From a virus (taxonomy: Duplodnaviria > Heunggongvirae > Uroviricota > Caudoviricetes): a stretch of DNA of 38,174 nucleotides. The stretch is taken from the IMG/VR virus record IMGVR_UViG_2531839455_000003, one strand, 5' to 3'. The notes under the pieces were generated by a model. That model made no database searches. It had not been told where the DNA came from and worked only from the letters and a program-made list of their open reading frames with translations. How positions within the stretch are numbered: position 1 is the first letter of the stretch; every line of letters begins with the position of its first letter. Below, piece by piece: positions 28,297 through 37,181 of this stretch. The translations under genes were made by a program, and so were the position numbers.

Positions 28297-31044
28297 CTAT
28301 CGTGTTCGATGCAATAAACTGATTTTTTTGCGAGCATGTTTAGTGGTTTCACTGATTCTCTGTGCGTGCTCTGCGTCGCGGATGGCGCGCAGCATGTCAG
28401 AAAGTACGGTAACGGGTGTTTTCATGGTGTTCTGGTCTTGCTGAAGTGTGGATGCCAGGCGTGCGGCGGCTTCAGGGTCTGATGCCTCTAGTTGTTCCAG
28501 ATAGCTGGCGACCGGGTTATGGCGGATCTCCGTGCTGCTTACGCCGTGATTACGACTCAGGCGTTGCCAGAGCTGCGTGATTCGGCTGTCCGGGCGGGTA
28601 TCCTGTTTGCGTACAATTTCAAATCCCTGCGGTGCAATGATGCTGCCGCCAACGTACAGACTGCCGCCCCGTAACAGGTGCTGCATCTGCTGTTCACCGA
28701 TATGCAGGCCGAGAGATTCAGCAGACTCCCGCCATTCTTTAGCGAGTAACTCGTGGTTATCAGGCAAAGGCTGTGGCTGTTTGCGGCTCTGTGTCCAGTT
28801 CTGCATTTCATCACTGCTGTTTTTTGCCTGTTTGTCACGCAGCGAACGCATCAGTGCCCGGCGTTCGTGCCGTTTCAGTGAGCGCATCCATTCATTCACG
28901 TCAACGCCTTCAGGAAGCCGCGGCCACGGTGCTGGCCGTTCTTCCGGCTGTTCTGTCCCGTTGTTGTCCGTTTCCTGTACACGGGGACAGTTATTGCCAC
29001 GAGTCCAAGGGGCGGCAGGGCCGCCCTGAAGGTCAAAACCATTTTCGCGGGCGCTGTCTTCCGTTTCCGGTTTACGTCTTACCAGTTTCCAGTTATCCGG
29101 ATGCGTGCACACACGGGAGGATTCCCCGATGAGTGGTGACCAGATCCCGTAAATCTGTACGCTCTGTTCGCCGTAATCATTCAGCTCATCTGCGAGGTCG
29201 TAGGCGGTGCGAATCAGGTAGTCTTTGCGTGGAACAAGTACGCCGCCCTGTTTTTCAATGTAGGTGGCAAAACACCCGGCATCGGCGGCAGCGAGTACCG
29301 CATCCATTGCGTCATCTTTCAGTCGTTGCGGGCCTTCCGGGTTGCGTGCCATCTGGCTGGCAAGGCGGCGCAGTTCACGCCACACCTGACGGGAGGGGAT
29401 GCCAAAGAACTGGAACTGGCGGACCCGATGAAGGCGCGCCCAGCCGATGGCGCGCTCCACACTCTCGGCCATTGATTTTCCGGTTTCGTGGTCAACGCGT
29501 GGCTTGCCCGTTTTCGGGTCGATGCCATCCACGGCGCGGCTGTCCAGGTTCTTTCCGATGTAGGTCGCGATATAGCTGGTTGGTGTGCCTTTTGAGCCGT
29601 CGACATACTCCGCCTTAAAGCGCGGAGTAATATCATTGCCCAGCTCGTGGCGGTCTTCCTGAATGGCAATATCGCGGGTGATGGCCACGATGCTGTCGAT
29701 TTCTTCCGGATGAGCAAAGACCATCATATGCCAGTGCACGGTGCCGTCATGGTGAGGCTCCACCGTGCGGATGCCATACCAGCGAAGACCGTCGCGGTTC
29801 AGTTTTTTGCGGACCGCCGCAAAAAACGTGTTAACCAGGTAATCGCTGGAGTCGCGCATGGTGGCCCCGTTCCATTTGGGATTCGGATGACCGTTCTCTG
29901 TTGTGGCGTGGTATTTTGACGGGCAGGTGACAGTCAGAAACACCGCTTTGTCGCCACGGGCTTCGGCCAGAAGTTCCAGCCCCTTCATGGTGGCCATCAT
30001 TTCTGCCTTACGGTGAACCGGGTTACTTACTCCCGCGTAATACACCGTCTCGAGATCAATCGTGAACCCGTCTTCGTTTTCCAGCATGAAACTTTTCAGG
30101 AAATCGCGTGTTTTCTCGCGCTGTGCGCGAAACTCGCTTAACGCGTCCTGGCTCAAATAGGGCGATGTTTTTCTGGAAACCAGACAGGCGGCGCGGAGTT
30201 GTTCTTCTCTCCACTCGCAACGTAACAGCCACAGTTTGCGTTTCCACCATTCCGCACAGGTCAGGCGAAGGATTGCGCCCGGCAGCAGCTCCGTGTCCGG
30301 TTCGTTCCTCCGGTCTTTATCTGTTGTCAGTGCGTCATAATGTGGAGGCATGATGTGCAGGTGTAACGCCATGCGGGCCAGCATCTGATACGCCTTCAGC
30401 GTTACATCCATGGTCAGTTCGCCATCGGTCGCGCCAAAGCCATCGCAGAGTTTTTCGAAGGTGCTGCTGAACATCGCCGCCGTCATGGTGGCCAGCGTCT
30501 GTATCTGGTGTTTGTTGAGCTGCGGCAGGTAAAGCAAATCGTCCAGGCGTTCGCGTCCGGCAAGGGAGCGATAACCCGGTGTCAGCCAGTGTCCGTCAGT
30601 GCGATCCAGACGTTCGAATATTTTGCGCAGGGTTCCGCGTGCATAGCGTTCCGCCTGCCAGCTCTTTTTGCCTTTCCGGCGATCGGCTTCCTGTTTTTTG
30701 CGCAGGAAGGAGAGGTGGCGAATAAGCGGATCGCGCAGATAGGACGGCAGCAGGCGCAGCGAGGCCATGGCTTCATCCACCGCGCCGCGTGCCTGTTTTC
30801 TGGCGTCTCCTGCCAGTGCGATGGTTTTGTCCTGTTTTTCCTGTGCGTCCAGGCTTTTATTAATCAGGTTGCCCAGCGGCGTGGCGGAGAACGCCGCATC
30901 AGCCATTTTCTGGCGGCGCTCGTTCTCTGCCCGGTAGGCATCCAGCCAGGAGGAAAGCACGGATTCAGGAGCGGGGATCCCCGTTCCTTCACGCCCTACT
31001 GCGTGGCGCGGTTGTTGCCAGTCCCTGATGTACTCTGTCGTCAT
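28297..31044 (-). CDS. A: replication initiation endonuclease gpA (rolling-circle, HUH-type)
   Basis: 915 aa with HHDGTVHWHMMVF (HUH-like) and a downstream Tyr-containing region; longer than P2 A, so an extension or different start is possible. Confidence 0.88.
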   Translation of the reverse strand: MTTEYIRDWQQPRHAVGREGTGIPAPESVLSSWLDAYRAENERRQKMADAAFSATPLGNLINKSLDAQEKQDKTIALAGDARKQARGAVDEAMASLRLLPSYLRDPLIRHLSFLRKKQEADRRKGKKSWQAERYARGTLRKIFERLDRTDGHWLTPGYRSLAGRERLDDLLYLPQLNKHQIQTLATMTAAMFSSTFEKLCDGFGATDGELTMDVTLKAYQMLARMALHLHIMPPHYDALTTDKDRRNEPDTELLPGAILRLTCAEWWKRKLWLLRCEWREEQLRAACLVSRKTSPYLSQDALSEFRAQREKTRDFLKSFMLENEDGFTIDLETVYYAGVSNPVHRKAEMMATMKGLELLAEARGDKAVFLTVTCPSKYHATTENGHPNPKWNGATMRDSSDYLVNTFFAAVRKKLNRDGLRWYGIRTVEPHHDGTVHWHMMVFAHPEEIDSIVAITRDIAIQEDRHELGNDITPRFKAEYVDGSKGTPTSYIATYIGKNLDSRAVDGIDPKTGKPRVDHETGKSMAESVERAIGWARLHRVRQFQFFGIPSRQVWRELRRLASQMARNPEGPQRLKDDAMDAVLAAADAGCFATYIEKQGGVLVPRKDYLIRTAYDLADELNDYGEQSVQIYGIWSPLIGESSRVCTHPDNWKLVRRKPETEDSARENGFDLQGGPAAPWTRGNNCPRVQETDNNGTEQPEERPAPWPRLPEGVDVNEWMRSLKRHERRALMRSLRDKQAKNSSDEMQNWTQSRKQPQPLPDNHELLAKEWRESAESLGLHIGEQQMQHLLRGGSLYVGGSIIAPQGFEIVRKQDTRPDSRITQLWQRLSRNHGVSSTEIRHNPVASYLEQLEASDPEAAARLASTLQQDQNTMKTPVTVLSDMLRAIRDAEHAQRISETTKHARKKISLLHRTR

Positions 31045-31050
31045 ACTGAT

Positions 31051-31416
31051 TTACTTCGTCATACCGTTGAGGGTGTCACGGCAAACGGCAGCCAGCCGCT
31101 GAATTTCCAGCACGGTGTCTTCTGTGTCGGCATGGCGATGTGTGATGCGGATGCTGTCGGCAATCACATCGACGATTGCAGAGGATGGGCGCTGGTAAAT
31201 GCCAATAACGGACGGGGTGCCACCTTCAATGCGGTAAAGCCTGTAATTTCCCTCGTGGCTGTCAATCATGTAGCGACCATCAATAACAATCTTTCCGTCA
31301 GCGAGCTGCGGTACAGGCAGGGATTTCAGGTACATGTCATAACGATCACGCACGCGAGCGGCAAGATCACGTTCTGTGTTGAGCAGATATTCAAGAAAGT
31401 CGTTGGCGAGAATCAT
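31051..31416 (-). CDS. hypothetical early protein
   Basis: 121-aa ORF immediately upstream of A on the same strand. Confidence 0.6.
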   Translation of the reverse strand: MILANDFLEYLLNTERDLAARVRDRYDMYLKSLPVPQLADGKIVIDGRYMIDSHEGNYRLYRIEGGTPSVIGIYQRPSSAIVDVIADSIRITHRHADTEDTVLEIQRLAAVCRDTLNGMTK

Positions 31417-31488
31417 TGCGGCAATCCTCTTGTTACAGATGTGCGAAGGCCTCCCGCCGCAAGGTGCAGGAAAGGCCCGGAACAGGAA

Positions 31489-31719
31489 TTAATGGAGTTT
31501 GTTTTGCTGCTGGATGAGCTTTTGAAGCTCGCGCAGATCATCTGCCAGATAGCTGAAAACAGAGGCGGAATAGCTGTTCGATAGTGCGTGACTGCGTTCA
31601 TGCAGCATATTGATGTGCATGATATGCGCGACGCGGAATGCGCGGAAAAGTCTGCGGTTGATTTCAGTCTGGATGTGACGACGCTCCGCGATAGTGCGGT
31701 GCTGTTTGCGGTTTGCCAT
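31489..31719 (-). CDS. hypothetical small basic protein
   Basis: 76 aa; competing overlapping ORFs look spurious. Confidence 0.45.
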   Translation of the reverse strand: MANRKQHRTIAERRHIQTEINRRLFRAFRVAHIMHINMLHERSHALSNSYSASVFSYLADDLRELQKLIQQQNKLH

Positions 31720-32059
31720 GGTGTGGCCTCTTTGTTGGTAAGTTTTGAATACTCACCATCCAGAGCTGCGAAACTGTGGGTGGCGAGACGTACGAGGTTC
31801 GCAGTACCGGTCAACAAAGAAAACCCGGCCCGACCGAAGTCGGCCCCGTACGCCCCACCATAATTCTGATGCGAAAAAATGTGCGGCAATGCGGTACGCA
31901 CAAAAAAACCGCTGGCGCGGTTGTGCGCTTTGTTGATCAGCAGGCTGCGAAACCCGGCACCCGTTTTATGAGATGCAACGGAAATGTAACCTGACTGATT
32001 GCGGCATGGCAAGCGGTTTTTTTGTGAGAACGGCATACTAAAAAAATCCTGATACTGCT

Positions 32060-32084
32060 CCGGCCAGCGATTTTCACTGGCCGG
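32060..32084. terminator. hairpin CCGGCCAG-(9 nt)-CTGGCCGG downstream of the SPFH gene
   Basis: Perfect 8-bp GC stem 7 nt past the SPFH stop; T-rich sequence on both sides at some distance. Confidence 0.4.
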
Positions 32085-32090
32085 GTTTAA

Positions 32091-32921
32091 TTACTTCACC
32101 GGAACAAACGGAACAGCGGTGTTGCTGGTCATGTATTGCGGCAGCGTGCCGTTCCATTTGTTGATTGCTTCCAGCTCCATAACGCCGGGATTCTGGCGCA
32201 GAGCTTCACCGCGTAAACGAATGGCGTCGGCTTCAGCCTGGGCTTTTGTGCGAATGGCATCAGCCTGTCCGGCAGCTTCTGCGCGCAACATGTTGGCTTC
32301 TGCTTCGCGTTGCTTGACTTCCTGTTCGCGTTGCAGGGTTTTCTGGTTTGCCGTGACTTTGGCATTAATGCTGTCGATAACGGTTGACGGGTACTCCGGC
32401 TTACCCACATATGAGAGGCTCATTACCTGAATACCGATAGGTGTCATTTCCTCCTGAATGTCTTTAAGAGCTGCATCCAGTAGTTCAGATTTCCCGCCGT
32501 CGATAAATTTGTCGGTGGTCATTTTGCTGGCCAGTCGGTTGAGTGCATCGGCGATCTTCTGGCGCAGGTCAGTGTCGGTAATGTCATCCACGCCTTTGCG
32601 GTAGGTCTGAAACACTGTAGTAACTTTGGATGGATCAACCTTGTAGGCCACACCGATGTGATAGCCGATGGTTGTGCCGTCACTCATCTGGAAGCTGAAC
32701 GGCTCATCGTAGGTCTTCATTTGTTTGAAGGTCGGGAAGATGTAAACCTCGGTATTCCAGCCAGTCCAGTAGCGGCCAACGCCAACCACTTCGCCGACGC
32801 CTTTGTCGTCGCCCAGTTTGTTGACTTTGATGCCCACATTACCTGGCTCAACGCGATCGCAACCAACCAGCAGGATGGCGGCAAAAAGCGGGATAATCTG
32901 AAAGAGTTTGAATTTCTTCAT
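32091..32921 (-). CDS. SPFH/band-7 (stomatin/prohibitin-like) lipoprotein
   Basis: 276 aa; lipoprotein signal MKKFKLFQIIPLFAAILLVGC; band-7-like core; C-terminal Ala/Glu/Gln-rich coiled-coil (REAEANMLRAEAAGQADAIRTKAQAEADAIRLRGEA). Confidence 0.82.
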   Translation of the reverse strand: MKKFKLFQIIPLFAAILLVGCDRVEPGNVGIKVNKLGDDKGVGEVVGVGRYWTGWNTEVYIFPTFKQMKTYDEPFSFQMSDGTTIGYHIGVAYKVDPSKVTTVFQTYRKGVDDITDTDLRQKIADALNRLASKMTTDKFIDGGKSELLDAALKDIQEEMTPIGIQVMSLSYVGKPEYPSTVIDSINAKVTANQKTLQREQEVKQREAEANMLRAEAAGQADAIRTKAQAEADAIRLRGEALRQNPGVMELEAINKWNGTLPQYMTSNTAVPFVPVK

Positions 32922-33121
32922 TGTTTGATTTCCTTGATGTACTTACTGAAAAGGCGAACAACGCCTGCCGGGTACAGCATGGCAATGAAAATGCCCAGCA
33001 ATACCAGGAAGGAGCTGTCTGATGAAATCATTCGGGGGAGTAGTCCTGCATACAGAATGAGAGAAACGAGGACGCATACCAGCGCCCACATGTATGCGCG
33101 AAACCAGGTCTTTTTGTTCAT
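32918..33121 (-). CDS. small two-TM membrane protein translationally coupled to the SPFH gene (NfeD/YqiJ-like partner?)
   Basis: 67 aa with two hydrophobic helices; 4-nt overlap with the SPFH start. Confidence 0.65.
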   Translation of the reverse strand: MNKKTWFRAYMWALVCVLVSLILYAGLLPRMISSDSSFLVLLGIFIAMLYPAGVVRLFSKYIKEIKQ

Positions 33122-33132
33122 ATCACGGTCCT

Positions 33133-33432
33133 TTACTGGTTAAGGAAGAAATCAAAAACCTTGTCGATGCGTTGCAGTAGCTCTCGTTGCATTGCTTCCG
33201 GTGTTTCCGGTTCGCCAGGTGAACCCAGCGTTGCGCAGAAATCAGCGATTTCATGATGGAGCGTCAGGCGAATGGCTGGAGCCATGGTTCTGGCGTGCTC
33301 CAGCTCATCCAGCAGTGCCAGCACAGCAGACGGCGAGAGCATTGCGCGAAACGCCAGTAATTTTTGATGCGTTGCCATTCGTTGCAGGTCAGTCGCCAGT
33401 TCGCGTAGCTTCTGGTGGTTGATGGTGCTCAT
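33133..33432 (-). CDS. hypothetical early protein
   Basis: 99 aa; overlaps the stop of the upstream gene. Confidence 0.55.
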   Translation of the reverse strand: MSTINHQKLRELATDLQRMATHQKLLAFRAMLSPSAVLALLDELEHARTMAPAIRLTLHHEIADFCATLGSPGEPETPEAMQRELLQRIDKVFDFFLNQ

Positions 33433-33674
33433 GCTCTGGCTTCCTTCAGTAGCTGGTTAAACATGCGGGTGAGTGGGTTGCTGCACCCGAACGGCATCGG
33501 GTTTACCTGGTAAGAGAACCGACCGCCTGTTTTGCGTTCTTCTCTGATGACTAAGCCGTCGCGCCAGAGTCGGCGTAACTCCGCATTAATGGTTGTGGTT
33601 GGGGTATTCAGTGCTGCGGCGATTTCTCCACCGCTACAACCCGGATTGGCGGCGATGTAGTCCAGAATGGTCAT
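33429..33674 (-). CDS. small winged-helix DNA-binding protein
   Basis: 81 aa; MTILDYIAANPGCSGGEIAAALNTPTTTINAELRRLWRDGLVIRE looks like a wHTH (MarR/ArsR-like) fold. Confidence 0.6.
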   Translation of the reverse strand: MTILDYIAANPGCSGGEIAAALNTPTTTINAELRRLWRDGLVIREERKTGGRFSYQVNPMPFGCSNPLTRMFNQLLKEARA

Positions 33675-33892
33675 CTGCGTGACTCCTGTACCTGTCGGAT
33701 AAGGTTCACCCGCGCCACATTCGTGGCGCAGAAGTAAGTGCCGTCAGTGAGATAGATGTGATGTGCATCTTTTTCTGAACGGTGTTTGTCGATAGTGGTA
33801 ATCAGGCGTTCGTCGACCTCGTATTCGCGCCCTCTGGAGGTAAAGCGAACGACGGGAAAATGCTTAATTGCCATTACGCTCTCTTTGTCCAA
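33671..33892 (-). CDS. hypothetical early protein
   Basis: 73 aa; in the operon, 4-nt overlap with the next gene. Confidence 0.55.
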   Translation of the reverse strand: MDKESVMAIKHFPVVRFTSRGREYEVDERLITTIDKHRSEKDAHHIYLTDGTYFCATNVARVNLIRQVQESRR

Positions 33893-33897
33893 TAGCC

Positions 33898-34308
33898 CTA
33901 TGCGTTAAATACGGCACGTTGCGTGCCATCAATGAATGCGGCCTGAGTGCGTTCTATCAGGCGGAGATTTGTCAGAACTTCTGACTCTCTTACGGGGTAA
34001 GGGGTAATCAGGTATTTGTCCTGCAATTCGGCGATAATGATGTATTGCTGTAGCTCCGAGCCAATAATATGAATAAGGTGTCCAATGTCAGATAAATTCA
34101 GTCTGGTGGTTGGTTGTGTTTTGAGAACCGTTAGTTCAGCATCCTGTTTTTCGATGATTTCGGCTGCTTCGGCGGTTACTCTTGTTATCATCATGGCCGT
34201 GGTGGCAGGCCCAATCATTCCTGCATTTGTTGCATCCTGAATGGCTCTGTTTGCGGTCTCCGATATATTTTTTAGCGCAGTTACAATGCCTTTTTCTTTT
34301 GCGTTCAT
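33898..34308 (-). CDS. hypothetical early protein
   Basis: 136-aa ORF in the co-directional early gene string. Confidence 0.55.
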   Translation of the reverse strand: MNAKEKGIVTALKNISETANRAIQDATNAGMIGPATTAMMITRVTAEAAEIIEKQDAELTVLKTQPTTRLNLSDIGHLIHIIGSELQQYIIIAELQDKYLITPYPVRESEVLTNLRLIERTQAAFIDGTQRAVFNA

Positions 34309-34401
34309 TTTTGTATCTCCATTATTTACGTGTGTGAATGCCTCCGTTAATTCGGATGGTTTTCACGTTTTCTTATTTAATCTGGTGTTTTATTTGTGCT
34401 G

Positions 34402-34515
34402 TTATTCGTCAGAGAAAAAACGCTCAATCTTTTTCACTGAATGAATAATTCGCATAATGCCAATAGCGCAGATCACCGAAATAATCAGAACAAGCCACGA
34501 GATAAATATACTCAT
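34402..34515 (-). CDS. small hydrophobic peptide (37 aa, single TM), not in the ORF track
   Basis: ATG overlaps the stop of the upstream gene (ATGA); translates to MSIFISWLVLIISVICAIGIMRIIHSVKKIERFFSDE. Confidence 0.4.
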   Translation of the reverse strand: MSIFISWLVLIISVICAIGIMRIIHSVKKIERFFSDE

Positions 34516-34754
34516 GCGATATTCCCCAGCTTATACGGTTCAATATGTTCCCCGCATTCTGCGGCACAGATCAGCTCGGAAAGTTCGTTAAGTGCATCCA
34601 GATCATCAGCGTAAAAAGCCACGTCATACAGACTCCGGATTGCCCTGGTCAATGAGTCACGGGCTGCACGTTCAGCATGAGCGCCTGATGCACTTAAGCG
34701 AAAATAAAAACGCTCAAGTGCTTTGTTAATGAGAGTTTTATATTCTTTGCCCAT
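34512..34754 (-). CDS. hypothetical early protein
   Basis: 80-aa ORF. Confidence 0.55.
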   Translation of the reverse strand: MGKEYKTLINKALERFYFRLSASGAHAERAARDSLTRAIRSLYDVAFYADDLDALNELSELICAAECGEHIEPYKLGNIA

Positions 34755-34774
34755 TGTATTTTCCCGGAAAACAA

Positions 34775-35029
34775 TTAAACAAAATCTCTTAATGGTTTAC
34801 CTGATTCAATGCGCTCAATTGCATCGTTAATGGCCATGTATGCGGCGTGATCACCTGCATAGCGTGCGCATTCCTGTAGTGACTTTAATCCGCTGATAGT
34901 ATCGCTTTTTGCTTCCGATAAAGGTTTCACCGTATTTAATGCATCACGGGCATTATTATCTATGAGTCGGTGTATGATAAGAGTGTAGGCCGAGGCTATC
35001 TCTACCATGTTTTTTGTCGTTGTTGCCAT
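34775..35029 (-). CDS. hypothetical early protein
   Basis: 84-aa ORF. Confidence 0.55.
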   Translation of the reverse strand: MATTTKNMVEIASAYTLIIHRLIDNNARDALNTVKPLSEAKSDTISGLKSLQECARYAGDHAAYMAINDAIERIESGKPLRDFV

Positions 35030-35032
35030 TGG

Positions 35033-35383
35033 TTAATTCCCCCGTGGATGCTGAAAACTACGTCCTGCAATTAAGCGGTCAACCGTGCGTAGCGCTTCGT
35101 ACAATGTAAAATCCTGTCCGAACTGATTGTCGCCGCAGCTCAATGCAAAAATGCGGTTTCCGGTAAACGGATTGCGTGGGCATTTGTGGACCACAATTCC
35201 AGCTTTCTCAATCAGCCAGGTATGCTCGCCGATTTGTTTTACTGGGTAGCCATCCGGCGTTGCGTGTGTTTCGCTCAGGCTGTAGCGAGAGTTGCTACGT
35301 GATGCACTGGTAGCGAAACGGTTAGCATGGCGTTCCGCACCGTTGCGGAAGCGCTGCTGTGAATAATTGCGCTGTAGTTTCAT
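35033..35383 (-). CDS. hypothetical early protein
   Basis: 116-aa ORF; first gene of the co-directional string running down to A. Confidence 0.55.
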   Translation of the reverse strand: MKLQRNYSQQRFRNGAERHANRFATSASRSNSRYSLSETHATPDGYPVKQIGEHTWLIEKAGIVVHKCPRNPFTGNRIFALSCGDNQFGQDFTLYEALRTVDRLIAGRSFQHPRGN

Positions 35384-35519
35384 ATTAAAACTCTGTACCT
35401 TCGGTAAGGTGTACTCGTGTCACCTTGTATTGATTTGTGGTATTTTTTTGTGTGTCTAGGACTTGGACTGGCCGGTTCAGGTCCTGGCTTATGTTTAATT
35501 AAATTGTTAAGGGGTTTTC

Positions 35520-35711
35520 ATGTCAGAAGATAAAAAAGTTGTTAATTTGTTGAGTGAACTTAGTGCTGCTCTGGATAACATTAACCCTCCCAGGGTAAAA
35601 ACGACGGGTGATAAAGACGCATTAAACGCAGAGATTCATATATTACTGGCGTTAGTAACTGACAAAATTCAGCGTAAATACCCACCTGTCACACAACTGG
35701 TTGATTTTTAA
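35520..35711 (+). CDS. small AT-rich ORF (63 aa), unknown function
   Basis: Strong SD AAGGGG 5 nt upstream of the ATG; convergent with the 140-aa gene. Confidence 0.5.
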   Translation: MSEDKKVVNLLSELSAALDNINPPRVKTTGDKDALNAEIHILLALVTDKIQRKYPPVTQLVDF

Positions 35712-35717
35712 TTTGAT

Positions 35718-36140
35718 TTATGCCGGGCTGCTCCCGGCATCTTCTAGCTGCCATAATGTCTCGTCACCTGATAGAGCAAAACGAAATGAGTGAAGTATAT
35801 CCTCCCGAGAGAAGCTCACGGCTACAGCTGCGGGAAAGTCAAATATAATCCCACCTTCATTTTTAAAACGATTACGCAATTGATAGGCTATCGGTTTGAT
35901 TTGTGCAGGAAGAGTATCTATATCTCTTCCATTGACAACAGAATCTTTGTTTTCAAGTACTGATTTAGCGATTAGATATAGATGCCAGTAACTGGTTACA
36001 ATTGTTACTCCTGTGATGTGTCGTAAATTAATTGCAATTCGTCCGTTATTATGTTTTTCCGCAAGGTATTTCAGGTTATCAATTAATGGTTGGTCATTTT
36101 TTGAAATAGTTATTGTGAAATCTGGCGTGTTTGTTTTCAT
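35718..36140 (-). CDS. AT-rich hypothetical protein (140 aa from ATG 36140)
   Basis: Start trimmed from the long track ORF (35718..36383) to ATG 36140 to remove the overlap with the upstream gene; AT-rich composition differs from the neighbours. Confidence 0.5.
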   Translation of the reverse strand: MKTNTPDFTITISKNDQPLIDNLKYLAEKHNNGRIAINLRHITGVTIVTSYWHLYLIAKSVLENKDSVVNGRDIDTLPAQIKPIAYQLRNRFKNEGGIIFDFPAAVAVSFSREDILHSFRFALSGDETLWQLEDAGSSPA

Positions 36141-36144
36141 ACGA

Positions 36145-36666
36145 TTAGTTGCCTCTGTTGTTTCTGAGTTGGTCCAGTTTTGAGCTTCTGCCTGTATAAA
36201 CTCGCTTACCGTTAATGGTCTGGCAGTCTTCTTTATTAGCTGGAGAGAACTTCCTTTTCTGGCGGTCATACGTCCAGTAACTTTTCCAGTTGTGCCATTC
36301 TGGGGGCTCGTGCTCTGGTAGCTCATCAGCCAACTTGTCCCACTCTTTGGCGTTAAACCACCATACTCCGTCTGAGTTTTCATCTTCCGGGTTTGTGCGC
36401 GTCTTGTGTCCCGGCATTTGACCGCGATGAATGGCTACGCGCAGTGCAGATTTTGTTAGCCCAATATATGCCGCGCCTTTTTCCAGAGAGCAAAGCCCGG
36501 CGATCGGACCATCCAGCCGTAAAGTCGCTCCTTTTTTGTAGGAACGCTTTTTCTTGTTTTCTTCGTGTTCGTCGTCGTTGGCGGCATCAATGGATCCGCT
36601 GAGTGCGTCACTTTCCTGAAGTGGTTGGTGGTCAGATAACTCTTTATCGGCAATGAAGTCCCGCAT
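36145..36666 (-). CDS. first early-operon protein, possible HTH DNA-binding (Cox/excisionase-like role unproven)
   Basis: 173 aa; ATG 36666 with SD AGAGGA; divergent from the repressor gene; contains LTKSALRVAIHRGQMPGHK. Confidence 0.55.
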   Translation of the reverse strand: MRDFIADKELSDHQPLQESDALSGSIDAANDDEHEENKKKRSYKKGATLRLDGPIAGLCSLEKGAAYIGLTKSALRVAIHRGQMPGHKTRTNPEDENSDGVWWFNAKEWDKLADELPEHEPPEWHNWKSYWTYDRQKRKFSPANKEDCQTINGKRVYTGRSSKLDQLRNNRGN

Positions 36667-36725
36667 TTGTTATCCTCTTGCGTTGGTGCGCTTGTCGCGC
36701 CTTGTGATGGTTTGTTTTGGCTTGT

Positions 36726-36781
36726 AAAGATAACCAAAAGGTTATCTTTGTGCGAGAGGTTAATACTCAAATGGTTATCTT
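36726..36781. promoter_or_regulatory. operator region of the lysogeny switch: palindrome AAAGATAACC-AAAA-GGTTATCTTT plus a third GGTTATCTT half-site over the repressor start codon
   Basis: Perfect 10-bp arms at 36726-36735 and 36740-36749; extra half-site at 36773-36781; lies between divergent starts at 36666 and 36771. Confidence 0.5.
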
Positions 36782-37112
36782 GTCAATAGACTATGCAAAA
36801 AAGTTACGTCAGATACGTAAGGCGGAAGGGTTAACACAAAAGCAGTTTGCGGATATTACTGGGTTGTCTTTGGCAACCATAAGGAATTACGAATCGGGGC
36901 AAAAGAACGCTAGAGCAAAAATCGTTGAGGCGGTTCTGCAAGTCGATCGCTTTGAAAAATACATGCTGTGGCTAATAAAAGATAAGACGCTACCTGTCGC
37001 CGGGCAGATTGCTCCGGCTCTCTCTCTTGATGGATCTATTCAGTCGGAGGGCGATCAGGTTTCAATCGGTATTACCCAAAAATCACCCCGATCAGGCCGC
37101 AATGTTGGCTGA
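36771..37112 (+). CDS. immunity repressor (HTH XRE/Cro-C1 type), P2 C-like in position
   Basis: HTH LRQIRKAEGLTQKQFADITGLSLATIRNYESGQ; upstream of int on the same strand; SD GAGAGG; ATG 36771 preferred over the longer track ORF. Confidence 0.78.
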   Translation: MVILSIDYAKKLRQIRKAEGLTQKQFADITGLSLATIRNYESGQKNARAKIVEAVLQVDRFEKYMLWLIKDKTLPVAGQIAPALSLDGSIQSEGDQVSIGITQKSPRSGRNVG

Positions 37113-37181
37113 CTCTACACATTGAGCGAATTACATATCGCAAGGAGTGTTTAGTTAATTTATCCGTTGGAGGGGCTAATC

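Noticed and set aside
30508-31584. 358-aa plus-strand ORF overlapping gene A and the upstream small genes
   Set aside because: Antisense to the replication gene; composition not protein-like; no SD.
31413-32090. 207-aa minus-strand ORF and plus-strand ORFs of 63-91 aa in the gap between the 76-aa gene and the SPFH gene
   Set aside because: Ser/Thr/Ala-rich low-complexity translations; mutually overlapping; no SD. The interval 31720..32090 is left unannotated and may hold regulatory RNA or replication-related structure, but I cannot support a call.
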